From Pseudogymnoascus verrucosus (taxonomy: Eukaryota): a stretch of DNA of 64,000 bases. Both the position numbers and the translations under genes were made by a program. The notes under the pieces are model-generated. The model was not told the origin of the DNA and did no database searches. It saw only the letters and a list, made by a program, of their open reading frames with translations. The stretch lies in the NCBI GenBank assembly GCA_001662655.1, contig KV460210.1, one strand, 5' to 3'. Positions 12,587 to 25,903 of this stretch are shown one piece after another. Within the stretch, counting starts at the first letter, position 1. Each line of letters starts with the position of its first letter.

Positions 12587-13075
12587 ACGTATTTACGAGC
12601 AAAATTAATAATTTTGGTGCCTCGTTTCGTATAGTTTCAGACCCGTTTATTTATCTTAATCTAATCTATCTGAGATGTAACAATGGACCATACTCGCATT
12701 CTCAGTCATGCTTTGAACCTTTAAATTCTATTTTTGGCTAAACAGTGTAATTTGGGCCGTAGACTCTCCATTTTATTCCACGTCCATGTCTGTGGGAGGT
12801 GAGATGTGGGCAATGGTATCTCCAATTGGCTACTAGTGTAGAATTGGACTTGACCCCATTCGTACCCCACACCCCACATCCTCGGCCGTCATTTAGCTAG
12901 TCCAACCCAAGGCAAGGTAAGATAACGCGTGCCCCCGCCTCCGGTAGCAGACGCGGGGATCTAATACCTGGACAGACGTCCGCCAAACGCATCCAAACCA
13001 GTTTTTATTATTCTAATGATCTGTCCAGGAGACTAATTATATTATGTGAGGAAACCGTTAAATGCCTAATCATCT

Positions 13076-15657
13076 ATGCCCCGTCCCAAGGTCGACCCCG
13101 CATCTCGACGGCGGGTAGCGCGTGCTTGTTGCTATTGTAGGGTCTCGAAGCAGAAGTGCGATGGCCTGACGCCTTGCTCTCAGTGCGTGAAACGGAAGCG
13201 ACCAGAAGCCTGTAAACGCCTTGCTTCCGACGACAACAAGGAAGAAGCCCGCCCCCAGCCAGATCACGCATCCCCAGCCTTGAACCAGGCCGAACCATCC
13301 CCCCCAGGTATATCAGATGTGGTTACATCGACCCCGTCCGCGCCTGTAGCAATCTCGGGGGATAGCGAGACGCCGTCGTCGGTACCTTGCCCGAGAGGTT
13401 TGCAGGCCAGAACCACGGTGCCAGAGCTTCTTGTGCCTCGAATGTCTGGGATGATGTATGATATGAAAGGAAAAGCGGGTATGTATCGTAACTTGTTTAA
13501 ATCATCATCATATTCACGTACTCTGACACCCTGAAAATACAGTTTACCTAGGCAATTGTGCAACACTACACTTTCTACAGAATATCCAGCAGCTGATAGC
13601 CGATCAGTCGAACGACGTATTCTCATCCTTGAACTCGGATGTCGCCAATATGTCATTGATGGAGGAGCTACCTCCCTTCGAGCTACAAGATATGGAGCCT
13701 CATCTACCTAGTGATGTCGGAGACCTTAAAGACTTGGTTGATGCCTACTTTACTTCTGTGAGCCGCTCCTACCATGTGGCTAGACCACGCCGAGAAATGT
13801 AAAGGAGTCTGGGCCGCTAACATGAATATTCAGACTTGCGGTATTATTGATATTTTTGATGTAGCCCAGTTCATGTCTGAATTTAGGCACTGGATAAACG
13901 GTCTCATCCCCCCAAAATGTGGGACAGCTGCAGTCATTTACCTAGTCGTTGCCCTCGGGGCACAAGCAAGGGGATCAAGCCTGCTCGACAGTCGACGAGC
14001 ACAGTCGTTCTATCATCATGGGCGGCTGATAGCGCTCCAGGAACTAACTAACGATCCAACACTGGAGACGATTCAGGCATTTTTACTCATTAGCATGTAT
14101 ATGCTAGGATGCAGCCGAAGGAACGGCTCGTACTTGAATTTGGGAACTGCAGTTAGCGCTGCGAAATCTCTAGGACTCCACAGAGACGAGGCCAATGCAG
14201 CATTTAGTAAGGAGGAACAGCAATTAAGGTAAGTTTTGAAAGCCGAGGCTTTTTGGGTTTATCAGTTACTAAAATCATATCTCAGGTGTCGCATTTGGAA
14301 GACACTTCGCTTCCACGACTTATTTTTCAGTGCCATGATGGGCCGGACATCTGCCATATCAGCCCGAGAATCTAATATTTCCCATGCTCAACATCCAGTG
14401 CCAGAATCACCGAGCCTAGAATTCCTCCGCGCAATATCCCTTGAGGAATCCGCCCGTGCCTTCCTAATCATTGAGAGGATCATCAACGAAGTGTACACCA
14501 AGCGCACCGTACCTATAGCGCTCCTCCAATCAATTGGCGGCGAGTTGAAAGAATGGAGTTATCGTCTTCCTGCGGCCTTAAGAACGTCCGTCAATCCGCG
14601 GCATCCGAGAGAGTCGATCTTTCTCTCACGTGAAGTCGTGCTAAGAAATACGCACGTTGCCTGCTCGTATTATTTCGCGATGATGCTTCTCATGAGGCCA
14701 TTTCTTATTGCGCATCTCAAGGCTAAGTCGATGAGTTCAGGCCTGGGGCGGAGTGCTGCGGAAGAAAGAGAAACAGACGTGTCTCCCGAGATTTATGATG
14801 GAGCAATCGCCTGCATCGACTCAGCAATCTATACGCTGCAGTTGCTCCGCGAGCTTCTCGTCGCCGATATGCTCTTCAAAAACATGCCACTCGCAATGTG
14901 AGTTTCATGGATTGTCGACGCTTTGCCCCTTGAAACTAACTGAGAGAATAGTGCATGGATCTTCGTAGCAGCCCTTGTTGTCAGCTCATCTCACTTTGGC
15001 GGCATAGGCCCAGAGAAAGAAATTGAGCAAGCTATTCGGAATACCGACGAACTGCTACATTGCTTTGCTGCGAATAGCCCACAGGCGGCGCGTTACCACC
15101 ATATTGTGAAGAGGCTGTTTAAAGCTGGCGTAGACCACCAAAACAGGCTTAAACAGAGAGCCCGACTATCACGAACGACAGTGGTAGCAGAGCTGTTTCG
15201 ACTGAGCCCTAGAGAATCGACGGAGAATGCGACAGACGGGGTCGCTCCGAAGGATTCGGAGGATGAAGAGGTGGCGTATCAAAACCTTTGGTCCACACCA
15301 CCGGAGAACGAACTCCCAATCTACACATCTACATATAAGGGGCAAATGACTCCAGGGGCGTCGAATATAGCCCCGGATGGGGCGAGCGGCCAGTTTATTG
15401 GATCCGGGGGAACCTCGTTGCAGGGCGGCGAATACCCTGTTAGGCGGCAAATGCCCGGATTCGTTGCACAGACGCCTGGCCTTGCAGTGCACGAGCAGGA
15501 GGATGCCCGTGCTCGTATGGCAAACTTTGAACACTTGTTTTCCGGGCCGATTGACTTCGGACCTATGCTGGATCATAACTCCCTGATGCTCACGGGGAGC
15601 GGGAACGGGAACGGGAATGGGAATGGGAACGACATATTTGATTTTCATTGGGTTTGA
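13076..15657 (+). CDS. Zn(II)2Cys6 transcription factor with fungal-specific TF domain
   Basis: RVARACCYCRVSKQKCDGLTPCSQCVKRKRPEAC; middle homology region AVSAAKSLGLHRD...RIWKTL...D...SAMMGR. Confidence 0.9.
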
Positions 15658-16277
15658 CTGGACATGGAGGCGAGATCGCTGTAGGCGGCGGTAACCTGAT
15701 TACCGATGGCGGAGTGATGCCGCTCAAGGCTGCGCCGAGCGCTACTCTGCTCATCCTTGAGGCGGAAAGGGGCTCAGATTCCACGTTATGCCCATTGAGA
15801 GTAATAGACAAGTGGATTACAAGCATGTGTATGGCAGAGAATACGGGATGCCCAATTCTCTTGAGTATGTAACTATTCTCCCCTTAGATGGGAGAAAATA
15901 TCTTAAAAATGATGAGAACTTAAACCTCGAACGCAACCCCATTCAGCTTCAAACGCACTATTAGCATTCGTGAATAGTATGACCATTGTTAGGCATATGT
16001 TTTGTTCTATATCATCTAGGTCTATTATCTAAGTCTATTATCGAAGTACAGATCCTTATTGAACACGTACACAAAGGTTACCCTGACCCCCCGTACATCC
16101 TTCCTCCCTCCAAACCCCTTTTCCATACCTACACCGCGCCACCAACATTCCCAATCGACAGCGACCGACGCTTTGCAGCATACCGAGCACTTTACCGCAT
16201 AATTGCAGACCCAAAATCCCAGGACGACGTCGTGCACTAGTAGTATGGGAAGCTGTGGCGCGAAGTATTCATGACCA

Positions 16278-19200
16278 CTATGCCTTCCTCCCCTTCGGCA
16301 CCCGACAAAGCCAGTAAAGAAACACCGCAGCCGCAACATTGAACACAACGTATACCCACAGCAGACCAAAGTCTCTCCAGCGGGTAGCCCAGTCGACATT
16401 TATGCGCTCTAGAAATTGGTTGGTGCTGTTCAGCTGGCAATAATCACACTCGCCGGTAGCCTGCGGATCGCGAAGAAAACCACCCGCTACTGAGATATAT
16501 TCTCGCATGTACTCTTCGCAGCTCTGAGCCGCTGGTGCGAAGAAGGTCTGGAACTCTGTGCTGTCGCATGAGACTGGCGCTTGACCTAGTGTTGATGACA
16601 TGAAGCTTGAGACAAGATATGTGAATGGATTCACCTAATATCATGTTAGTGTATGCTCGTAAAATCCGGGATATGATACAACATACGCGATACATAAAGA
16701 TCCAGAACCGTGGCAAGGCGCTCGGCCCTGCTAGAATGCCACAGAAAGCGTACAGCATGATTGAAGCCAGTGTCGCGACAGCGCCCGCAATCGGTTCATT
16801 TGGTAAACCAGCAATAATCATATGTGCTAGCGAACTTGCAAAGAGAAACGCAGCAACGATAATCAGGAGTGTCTGGAAAGCACGGATGTTTACGGAATCA
16901 GTCCACTCAGCGTTTCGGTAGAGGCCAACTGGGTAATACCAGACAAGGAAGCAGAAAATGGCCATGAACTGTGTATAATGTGAGCCTGACATCCTTCAAG
17001 TGGGTTTTAGGTGCAACTTACAGCGTTCCAAGCCATCTCTACCGCAATATTAGAGAATACAAACGTTTGCCAAGCATATGTTTTTGACTGTCTTTCGCGA
17101 GCCTCGTAGAGCGTCCTTTGACTAACGAACATGGGCATGATCTGGAACAATAGCTGGATGAGGACGAAGAGAAAGATAAAAACGCCATACATCTGGTTTT
17201 GAAGTCCTTGCATGGTGTTGTCACCCTTGAAAAAAGAGAAGCCAATTAAGAGAGAACAACCGATTGTGAGGAGTGCCTTCGAGTAGATGTAAGATGGTGT
17301 CCTCCAATATTGTTGGGCGCAGCGCAGGGTGACTGCTCGTAGCTGGGTCATGAAGGTTGCTGCGAATTCTTGATGGCTTCCATGGGATGAGTCCATGGTA
17401 GCGGAGGGTTGGCTGGCAAGGTCTCGTAGTCTAGCAAGCTCTATTTGCACGTTGGTGTACTCTTTGCTCTCTTTCCAGACTGCAGGCCAGTCGGTAGGTG
17501 TATGGGCCCCGGGGGCTGCACCTATCGCCTCAAGCATATACTCGCCAGGGTTAGTGCCAACAGGGCATTCCGGTGCACCATTCCGAGCGAAATAGTCAAG
17601 GAGCACCTCGGAGTTGCGACCAATATCACCAAAGTAGACTGTACGACCACCTTTAGCAAGAAGTAGCAGTCGGTCAAAGCGTTGGAAGAGCAACGATGAT
17701 GGCTGATGGATCGTGCACAAGATGGCCTGGCCGTTCCGGGTAAGCTTTTCCATTAAGTCGCAGATAGACCAAGACGTCTGACTGTCCAGGCCAGATGTCG
17801 GTTCATCAAGAAACAGAAGGAGCTTGGGGCGGGCTGCAAGTTCGACACCAATGGTCAGGCGCTTGCGTTCTGTAGGCGATTAGTATGTGATGATGGAGCA
17901 GGTATAATAAAAAACGTACGCTCCACATTCAGACCTGATCCGGGTACACCAACAACAGCGTCTGCGTACTGTTCCATATCCAGCAAGCAGATGACATGGT
18001 TGACATATGACAGCCTCTCCTCGCGCTTGTATTCCGGTGGTTGTCGCAGAAGAGCCGAGAATTCAAGTGCCTCTCGTACCGTGGCAGTCTCTAAATGGAT
18101 GTCTTGCTGCATAGCATAGCCGGTTTTTCTCTGGAAAGACTCGTCCCGCCCTCGTCCGTCTACCAGCATGTTTCCAGAAATCACACCCATGGTGGTTCGG
18201 CTAGCAAGAACGTCGAGCAACGTGGTTTTGCCTGCGCCCGACACACCCTGTTAGTGAGTTAGCATTTATCTTACTCTGTTCTGCCTAATAAAGCTCACCA
18301 TGAGTGCTGTCAGAGTCCCTGGCTTGATCCAACCATCGACAGAGTCTAGGATTGTACGAGACTCGCCCTTGATTTCAACTTCATAGTTCACCTTCTCCCA
18401 ATGGAAGATCGATGCCTGCTTTTCTACGTTGTGCTCCGGGCGATCGCTATTGCTGATCTTCTCGCCATCGTGAGCAGACGCACTACCGGTTTCTTCATCT
18501 CCTGTGTCTCGTTTTCTCTTCGTCTTCATGCTGGATCGTCGGAAGACAAGGACTTCGCCCTTTGAGCGCTCCGAGGCAACAAGCTCACTCATCACGAGAT
18601 GTGCGATAAGTAAAGCGAATGTAATCACAACGATTATTCCGTAATTGCGCCATCTGTTTCCGTACTGGTACTGAAATGCAGTCTCAACAAATGCGGTACC
18701 ACTAACAAATTCCGCACCAGGCTGAGAGCCCTGGACAGCGCATGCTCTTTGATTTGCAGCAATATTTTCGTAGAAGGGGCCACTTGGAACAAATGCAGAG
18801 CAATTAAATTGACGTCCGTGAAACTCATTGACCATCACGCTTTCGAATCCATAGGAAATGGGGTTGATCCAACGAAACCAGCTCGCCCATCTATAACAAT
18901 TAGTAAAGACTTGACGAGAAGGAGGCTTGCAAGGTTAATGTCCTGCAAATATCTCCAAGGACCATTTTCCCACTTCAGTTGCAGTAAGAGGCCGGGAGAA
19001 TACGCACCCTCTCATATATTGTACAGGAATGGCGAATCCAGTATACATAACGAGCAATATAAGGATAATCGAACTTGGAGCCAGAGCTTGTGCGATGGTC
19101 TTCGTCATCGAGGCAAAAAGACGGAAAAACATGCTCATTGATAGTGTCATAGTAAAGGCAACAAGAAGGAAGAAAAAGAAGGGACCTGGCTCGCGGCGTA

Positions 19201-21263
19201 AGTTCGCCATGAAATATAGCGTAGAGTTGACAATGAGCGAATTCGTAATCTTGTAAGGCATATCCACTATCATCGAGGAGAATGCTTCGGCACTTGGGTG
19301 GTACAGGGCGTATCGGTTGTGCTAGTGTTTATATTAGCAGTGTAGTCGGCGAAGCCAATGTGCGTTTTCACCTTTTCAACAATCGTTCGTTTCGCATAAA
19401 GAGAAAATATTTCTAACAAGCTGCCAAATGCGTTGAGGAGGACCTGGTGCAGATATTAGTCACCCTATAGGGATTGAACGACATGCCTAAAAGGCAATGC
19501 GAGTTGGGAATAACTGACCATCATGAAGAGAACACCGCCACGCATAAAGAACGATTCTGTTGTTTCTTTCAGATTGTAGTATACGCTAGCAATAATGAGG
19601 GCCTCGAAGAAGTTGATCGTTAACATGGCTAATGGTACGGAAGGGTCGTTCTTGATCTTCCGAATGTCGCGCCACATGCAAAGTCTTATCTGTCCCCAGT
19701 ATGAAAGCGTGTATGGTGATTTCTGTCGCTGCTTTCGAGACTTCTCGAGTGTTCTTGCTTCAGCGAATTTTTCAAGGTTGTCTCCACTAAGTGGATGGTC
19801 CTGGCCGTACTTCTCAATTTCATGGAGCAGAATTTGCTTTTCGGGGCTCTCCTTCCAGCACCGAGAAAAGTCGTCCGAAGTCCGTGGTGTTGTGTTTTCA
19901 TACCCAGCTTTGATCCGGCGTTCTGATGGTGAGGTCATCGAAGTTAGAAAGTCCGGAGTGGTTTGTGACGCAGGACACTCGAAACCAAGGCGCTCGAAAT
20001 AGCTACGTGCGGCGTTCGCAGGACCAAAGAATATCTGACGACCCTCATATAGGACAATAACCTTGTCAAAGACCTATTGAAACTTAGTCGAGTTCTAATC
20101 TTCATCGGTGTATCACGAACCTCGTAAGCAGCTTGTGGCGCCTGGTAGATAGCAACACAAGTAGACGCACCAAACACATCGCATTGTGTACGCAATGTCT
20201 TGCAAAACTCGACTGAGTTGGCTGAATCGAGGCCGCGCGTGGAGTTATCCCAGCATTGCAACGGAGCAAAGCTTAGGGCAGCTTCTGCAATCGTCACTCT
20301 CTTGCGTTCGCCTCCGCTAACACCTCGTACAAAATCGTTGCCCACTTTGGTGTTCACAGTATGGCCCAGACCGAACATCGCCATGATGACCTACACGTAG
20401 TTAGCACAGAATACGAAGACAAGCATGGGCAGCGTACATCACGGAGGTGTTCGGCGTAGCATGTTCGACTAACACCACCAGGTATCAGACGAGGGGCACG
20501 AGCCAGGGCGGCGAAATAGAGCGTGTCCCCAACACTCAGTTCAGCAAAATGCGCGTCTACCTCCGCTGTGTAGATAGCCTCGCCCCTAAACTCGGTGTTC
20601 ATCTTCCTAGCTGGAATACCCTGAAAATTTAGGTAGGATTCTGGACTGACTTGAAAGCCATGGGTCTCGCCAGCAATCGTCTTCAGCAGCGTAGAGCATC
20701 CGGAACTGCTAGGTATTAGTGATGTAGGAAGATAATAATAGGCGGATGAAATACCCAGGTGGACCTAGAACGCAAAGCTGCTCGCCAGGAAGTAGCAGTC
20801 CGTCGAGATCTTGCAAGATCTCTATTTTCTGAGTACCGCGTCCGAACAATGATGGCAGCTTCAAAATGTAGTTGCCTACAGTAGACTGAAAATCCGTAGG
20901 AGATCCTTTGCCCCAAACATTGAGGCCTCTAAAGGCAACACCAGCAACGCGAGGAATGGCTTCCTGGCTGCTATAGCGCAAGTCATAGAACGCCTTAGCC
21001 CAGTCTCTCGCTCGAAACCGGTCGCTGTTAGGGTTTAATCGGCTATTCTCGGCAGCAGAAAATGGTGATTCAAGGTAATGTTGTTCTGCCTGGGACGTAA
21101 ACTTTCGGACAAGCTCGAGGACTTCCTGATCTTGTAGCCTCTCATGTTTGATCTCGTCCCTGTTTTCATGCTCCGAACTCGAGCTTGAATAGACGTTGAT
21201 ATGTTTAACGATTGGAGTTTCGAGACGAGATGTCTTCTCTGCAGCATCTGGCGCATCGGGCAT
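16278..21263 (-). CDS. Full-size PDR-type (ABCG) ABC multidrug transporter; many introns
   Basis: NBD1 [39 protein letters not shown]2 [36 protein letters not shown]; two TM domains. Confidence 0.95.
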
Positions 21264-22093
21264 GCTGAACTTGTCTAGGGCCCGTAGCGGTCCACGATGG
21301 ATATATCCTGAGCGATTTCAATAGCTAATAGGTCTCGTGAAATAGCACAGCAAGGGTATGATGATTATATGATTTCATGGAGGGTATATGCCTTATATTT
21401 GTCTGAAGATAGACGTTGTGAACCGACCTGAATGGAAGGCTGACGCAGTCGCAGCCGCGTCCTTTTAAATATTCTCATCTTCACACTTTGAAGAGAGCCC
21501 CCCTTCCGGAGTCTTTCAACCCCGAATGTCCAGTACCCAATCCTAGCTAGGCATGACACCATTGCAATGCCCAAATGCCAATGCGGAGCCTTCGCTGCGG
21601 CTAAGAAGCTAATTTGCATGTCGTAACAAGGCACCAGCCTAGAACTTCGCCTTCCATATCGTGCAAAGCTCTGCATTCATTCTGTCCGAATGTCCGTACG
21701 CTGGTACATAATCGATGGTCGTGTGTCCGGACTTTCGGCTTCCGGAGTCCGGCGAACCACCTCAACCTTTACACTAGTCAAAGAATAGTCAAGCGTTTTG
21801 TCTTGGGCCCGGGTGGGGCTCATTAGCGCCTGAACTCATTGACAGTACGAGTACGAGTACCAGTCACGTTCTAGCATTGCACGTATAATCCCATGCCCTG
21901 TATTACGAAGATTGAATGCTGAGAGACCCCCCTGAGGAGGCGTCCATTTATTCGCATATCTCTCGCAACTTCGGTCATCAGTATCCCCGGACTCAATCTC
22001 GATTTAGCAGCCAACTTTTATCATAGCACGTGAGCAACTGTAACCTCTTACGGAGGTGAAGAATACGTCAATCCGGGACACCCTTGAATCACG

Positions 22094-24575
22094 ATGAAAC
22101 TTGCCGTACCGTACCCGAATTCTTTCTTTGACAACTTGGTGCTGATCATGATCTCAGTGCATGCGCTGTAAGCGGAAAAAGGTACGTGTAGTACTCGCGA
22201 GCATACTTCTAATATAAAAGCATGCTGGTCTGGTGGTTAGATATACTGGCAGGATCTCAGCATCACACAGTTCCCTTTAGATCGATTGTGCCAGGACCCA
22301 ACTCCTAACGATGCTAGATCAAATGCGACAAAATAGAGCCGATCTGCCATCAATGCATTACCGCAAAGACAGAATGCCAGTATGGCGAAAGACGACAAAG
22401 ATCAAGGATGCCACAGCAGCATGGGTCAATGCAACACTTAAGTGAACGACTTGAGCTGCTGGAGAGGCAGATAAGCCGTCCTGGTACTGAATGCTCACTG
22501 TAAGCCTTTGTACTTGCGCGGCACTGCAAGCTCTGCTAACAGCTTGCTAATGATATAGTCCTACGACCTCACCGCCACACGAATGTAACCCGCCGTTTGT
22601 GGCAACCACTGGCATAGATCCAGTACTCTCTCCCACAGCGTCGTTGATGACTGGCGATGGTCAAGAATGTGAGTGTCCCCCTGAGCGTAATCTAATCATA
22701 TCTGTTGTCTTGTGTCAAGACTCAAGGGTGCTTTATATGAGTACTAACAAACTGTAGCATGGGTATACCGCATGGTCTCGGACGTCAGGCGTAATTTGCA
22801 GAGTCAGGAAACCCCTATTAGTACGCCAACGCCACGGATAGACGATGCAATGTTATCTCTCAACGAAGCCCTCGACGATTTAGGCAAGCTTCGAATACGG
22901 ACTGATGCCCGTGAAGTTGACTCAAACCTCTCTTCTAAGGAAGTTAGGGCAAGCATCGACGCATTCGTCGAACTCATGGGCAATATGGTCGTACCAGGAA
23001 TATTCGCCGTAGCCATCGATGCCGATCTACTCCGTGTGTTACCCGACATCATCAAGTCATCGTATGTCAAGGTAGATCCGGGTGTGTACGTTATGTATTA
23101 CAATGCCTTGTATTATGGTCTTCATCAAATCCGCGGTCCCGGAGATGCCCTTGCTCAAAGTATGTATCTAAAGGTGTTAGAAGCTGTACCGGCGTGGCTC
23201 GATGCCTCAGCCAATACAGACTTGGACGGCCATACGGCTGCCCTAACAGCCTGGACAGCAATCGTCAACAACGATTATCAGCTTTCATGGAAGTTCCACT
23301 GCAAGTCATGCCATTATATCAAGATTAGGGGAATCGATACACTAGATGTTATACCAGCGAAGACATTTGAAGAGGAGGACAAAAGGGACTCCCTACGATA
23401 TTTGTACTGGCACATCCTGTCCACTGATGCATTATATCGCCTAATATACGGCAAACCTACAGTGGTATGTCTACTCCCGATGGTACCTTAAGAGATCCGT
23501 GTCCTTACACCCTTTCATTCCTACCACAAAATTGAGCTATACTCCCTTTAATTATTGAGCTCCTTTCTTGCAACTTATATTGATTAACACTGATCCACAT
23601 TGATATTGGCAAAGGTTCGATGGGCACCACACAAGATTCGACCACCAGCTATTCTTAGTACAGAGAACATGCATCCATCCGTCTCTCGGGTTATGGTGTC
23701 AGTGGTATGGATCAGGTACACACAAATGACTGCAGAAATGCTTAATGAGATTGACAACAATCTTTCTCGCGAGCGAGACGGAGGGATTCAGAATAAAGTC
23801 GATGATTTCTGCATACAGCTTGAGAACCTAATGGCAGAGTGGAAGATGGAATCAATCATGAGAGACAATGACATGCCGCAAACTCTTCGCTATCTCATAG
23901 CAGATCATGTTATGAACATCTATGCCACCATCATAGGAATCAAGCGACTAATCAAACCGGCACCAAACACAAATCCTGTCGATGATATCACACTTCGCGC
24001 AGCTCGAAAAGTTGCTCAGATCACTATAGATTTCACCATAGATCCGGTGCCTGCGGATACAGCTCAGTCTGTTTACTTTTAGTACGTCTAGTGCCATATC
24101 TAAGTGGTGTATTTAAACCCCCATACTGACCCTGCCCCGCCACAGCTTCATAACCTTCTACCCGTTCTGTGCAGTATTCTCACTGTACGAGAATATCTTA
24201 GCATGTGCCAACCTTGAAGAGTGCGAACAAGACCTCCGGCTTCTGGAAAGCATTGGCGCGACCATGGCAGAAGCATCTACTCTACGAACCGACTTTGTAC
24301 CATTCGCAAGAACTATCAATGCGTTAAACAAAGTGTTACGAACGATTCAAGACGAGCGGCGCAAAACAGGGAGTCGAGATGATGCAACGGGAGAAACAGC
24401 CAATACTATGCCTGAGTTTGACATGTCGGCTTTGGCATCCTTTTCAGAGTTTCCCTCCAACCTTGAAGAGTATAATCAGCCATTGGGCTTCATTAGAGCC
24501 CTAGAGAATGACTTTACTTCACGGAATTGGAATGAAGGGTGGTGGGATGTAGGTTCTGATCTAACTCATACGTAG
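22094..24575 (+). CDS. Zn(II)2Cys6 transcription factor divergent from the ABC transporter; N-terminus encoded on micro-exons
   Basis: Exons MKLA (22094-22105), CMRCKRKK (22158-22181), IKCDKIEPICHQCITAKTECQY (from 22318); downstream TF domain YLYWHILSTD...YGKP; FYPFCAVFSLY. Confidence 0.85.
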
Positions 24576-25084
24576 AGGTAGTAGGAGTATCCGATCCAGA
24601 AGAAGTTAGGTAGCACTAATGGCACGATGGAATCTAGTGGTTGAGGATGGCTCTGCGGCAGGGGCATGGTGAAGGGGAACATAACTACTTTCCCATACGG
24701 GTGCTGCATCCGATTTAGCTGGGACCTTGTGTCTTCTATTTTGTGATCTACAAACAGCGCTACTGTAATCACACAATGTCTCACTTTGAAAAGAAACCAG
24801 GGTATACCATACCTGGTGAAAGTATCCACGTAGTCGGTCGTGACGCAAAACGGCCTCTACGAGATTGGCAAGTGAAACAATTAAAACCCGTAAGGCTTTT
24901 GTGCGACTAACTATGGGCTTCTGCTTCAGCTATACCTGTAACCGCTGTCAGGTGTATGTGTTCACAATAGTAACTAAAGGTATTTAAACAGACAATTGCC
25001 TCCCGTCTACTAAGGCATCTCCCTATACTCCTTTACCTCACTCCCTTCGGCGCATGCTACAACACTTTGTCACCTATACCGAAA

Positions 25085-25481
25085 ATGCAGCTCCTCCTTC
25101 CTGCCTTATACATGGCTGCGATTGCAGCTGCTCAACAATGCGAGGGGGCTATGGAGTGTTGCGATTCCCTGCAAAATAGTGACAGCCCCGAAGTTATTCA
25201 ACTTGCTAGCCTCCTTGGCATAGTTATACCAGACGCTCAAGTTGTTCAAGTTGGACTTACCTGTGCGTTTCCACAAAAGCACCTCAAATAAATCCTAACC
25301 AAATATTATGCAGGCAGCACAATGACAGCGAGTGGCAACACCTGCGATAGACAACAGGCCTGTTGCACAGGCTCTAGTGTGGTACGAATCCAACTAACCT
25401 TATTTTGGAAACCTGTCTAATAACTACGTTGTACAGAACGGCGGCACTCTCGTTTTGGGTTGCACTCCTGTCAACGAGTAA
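25085..25481 (+). CDS. Class I hydrophobin; 3 exons
   Basis: Signal peptide plus 8-Cys pattern C-X5-CC-X33-C-X9-C-X5-CC-X13-C after removing two GT-AG introns. Confidence 0.9.
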
Positions 25482-25903
25482 CACACTACGTACCAGAGGA
25501 ATAGATTATGGTATAGTATGCTACATGAAAAGGTGTTCTACGACAAGGGAACCGCAGCAAAATTTTAACAGGGTATCTATTCAGTTAACAATGGGGAAAT
25601 CAATCGTAGCTGAATGTATACAGAATGATTAAATTTAGACTGAGATCATATTACGTTGGTGGGCGATTGCTGTACGAGGATACGGATCTTTGTTCTAATT
25701 CAGTATATAAACATTGATTTTGAGGATAGCAAGGCTTACCTGACCTCATCGTAGGCGCTTAGGTTCAGATTCAATTCAATATCAGGTTCTTCTGCAATGG
25801 ATATATCACTTAATTGGCGCTACAGAAGTTAGAGGTTGGTTGACTTCATCATCAATTCCTACTTTTAAGTCTTTAAAAAGGCCTCTTATTATTATAGTAT
25901 CAG

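Noticed and set aside
15598..15630. Gly-Asn hexanucleotide repeat at the TF C-terminus
   Set aside because: Ordinary coding microsatellite in a low-complexity tail
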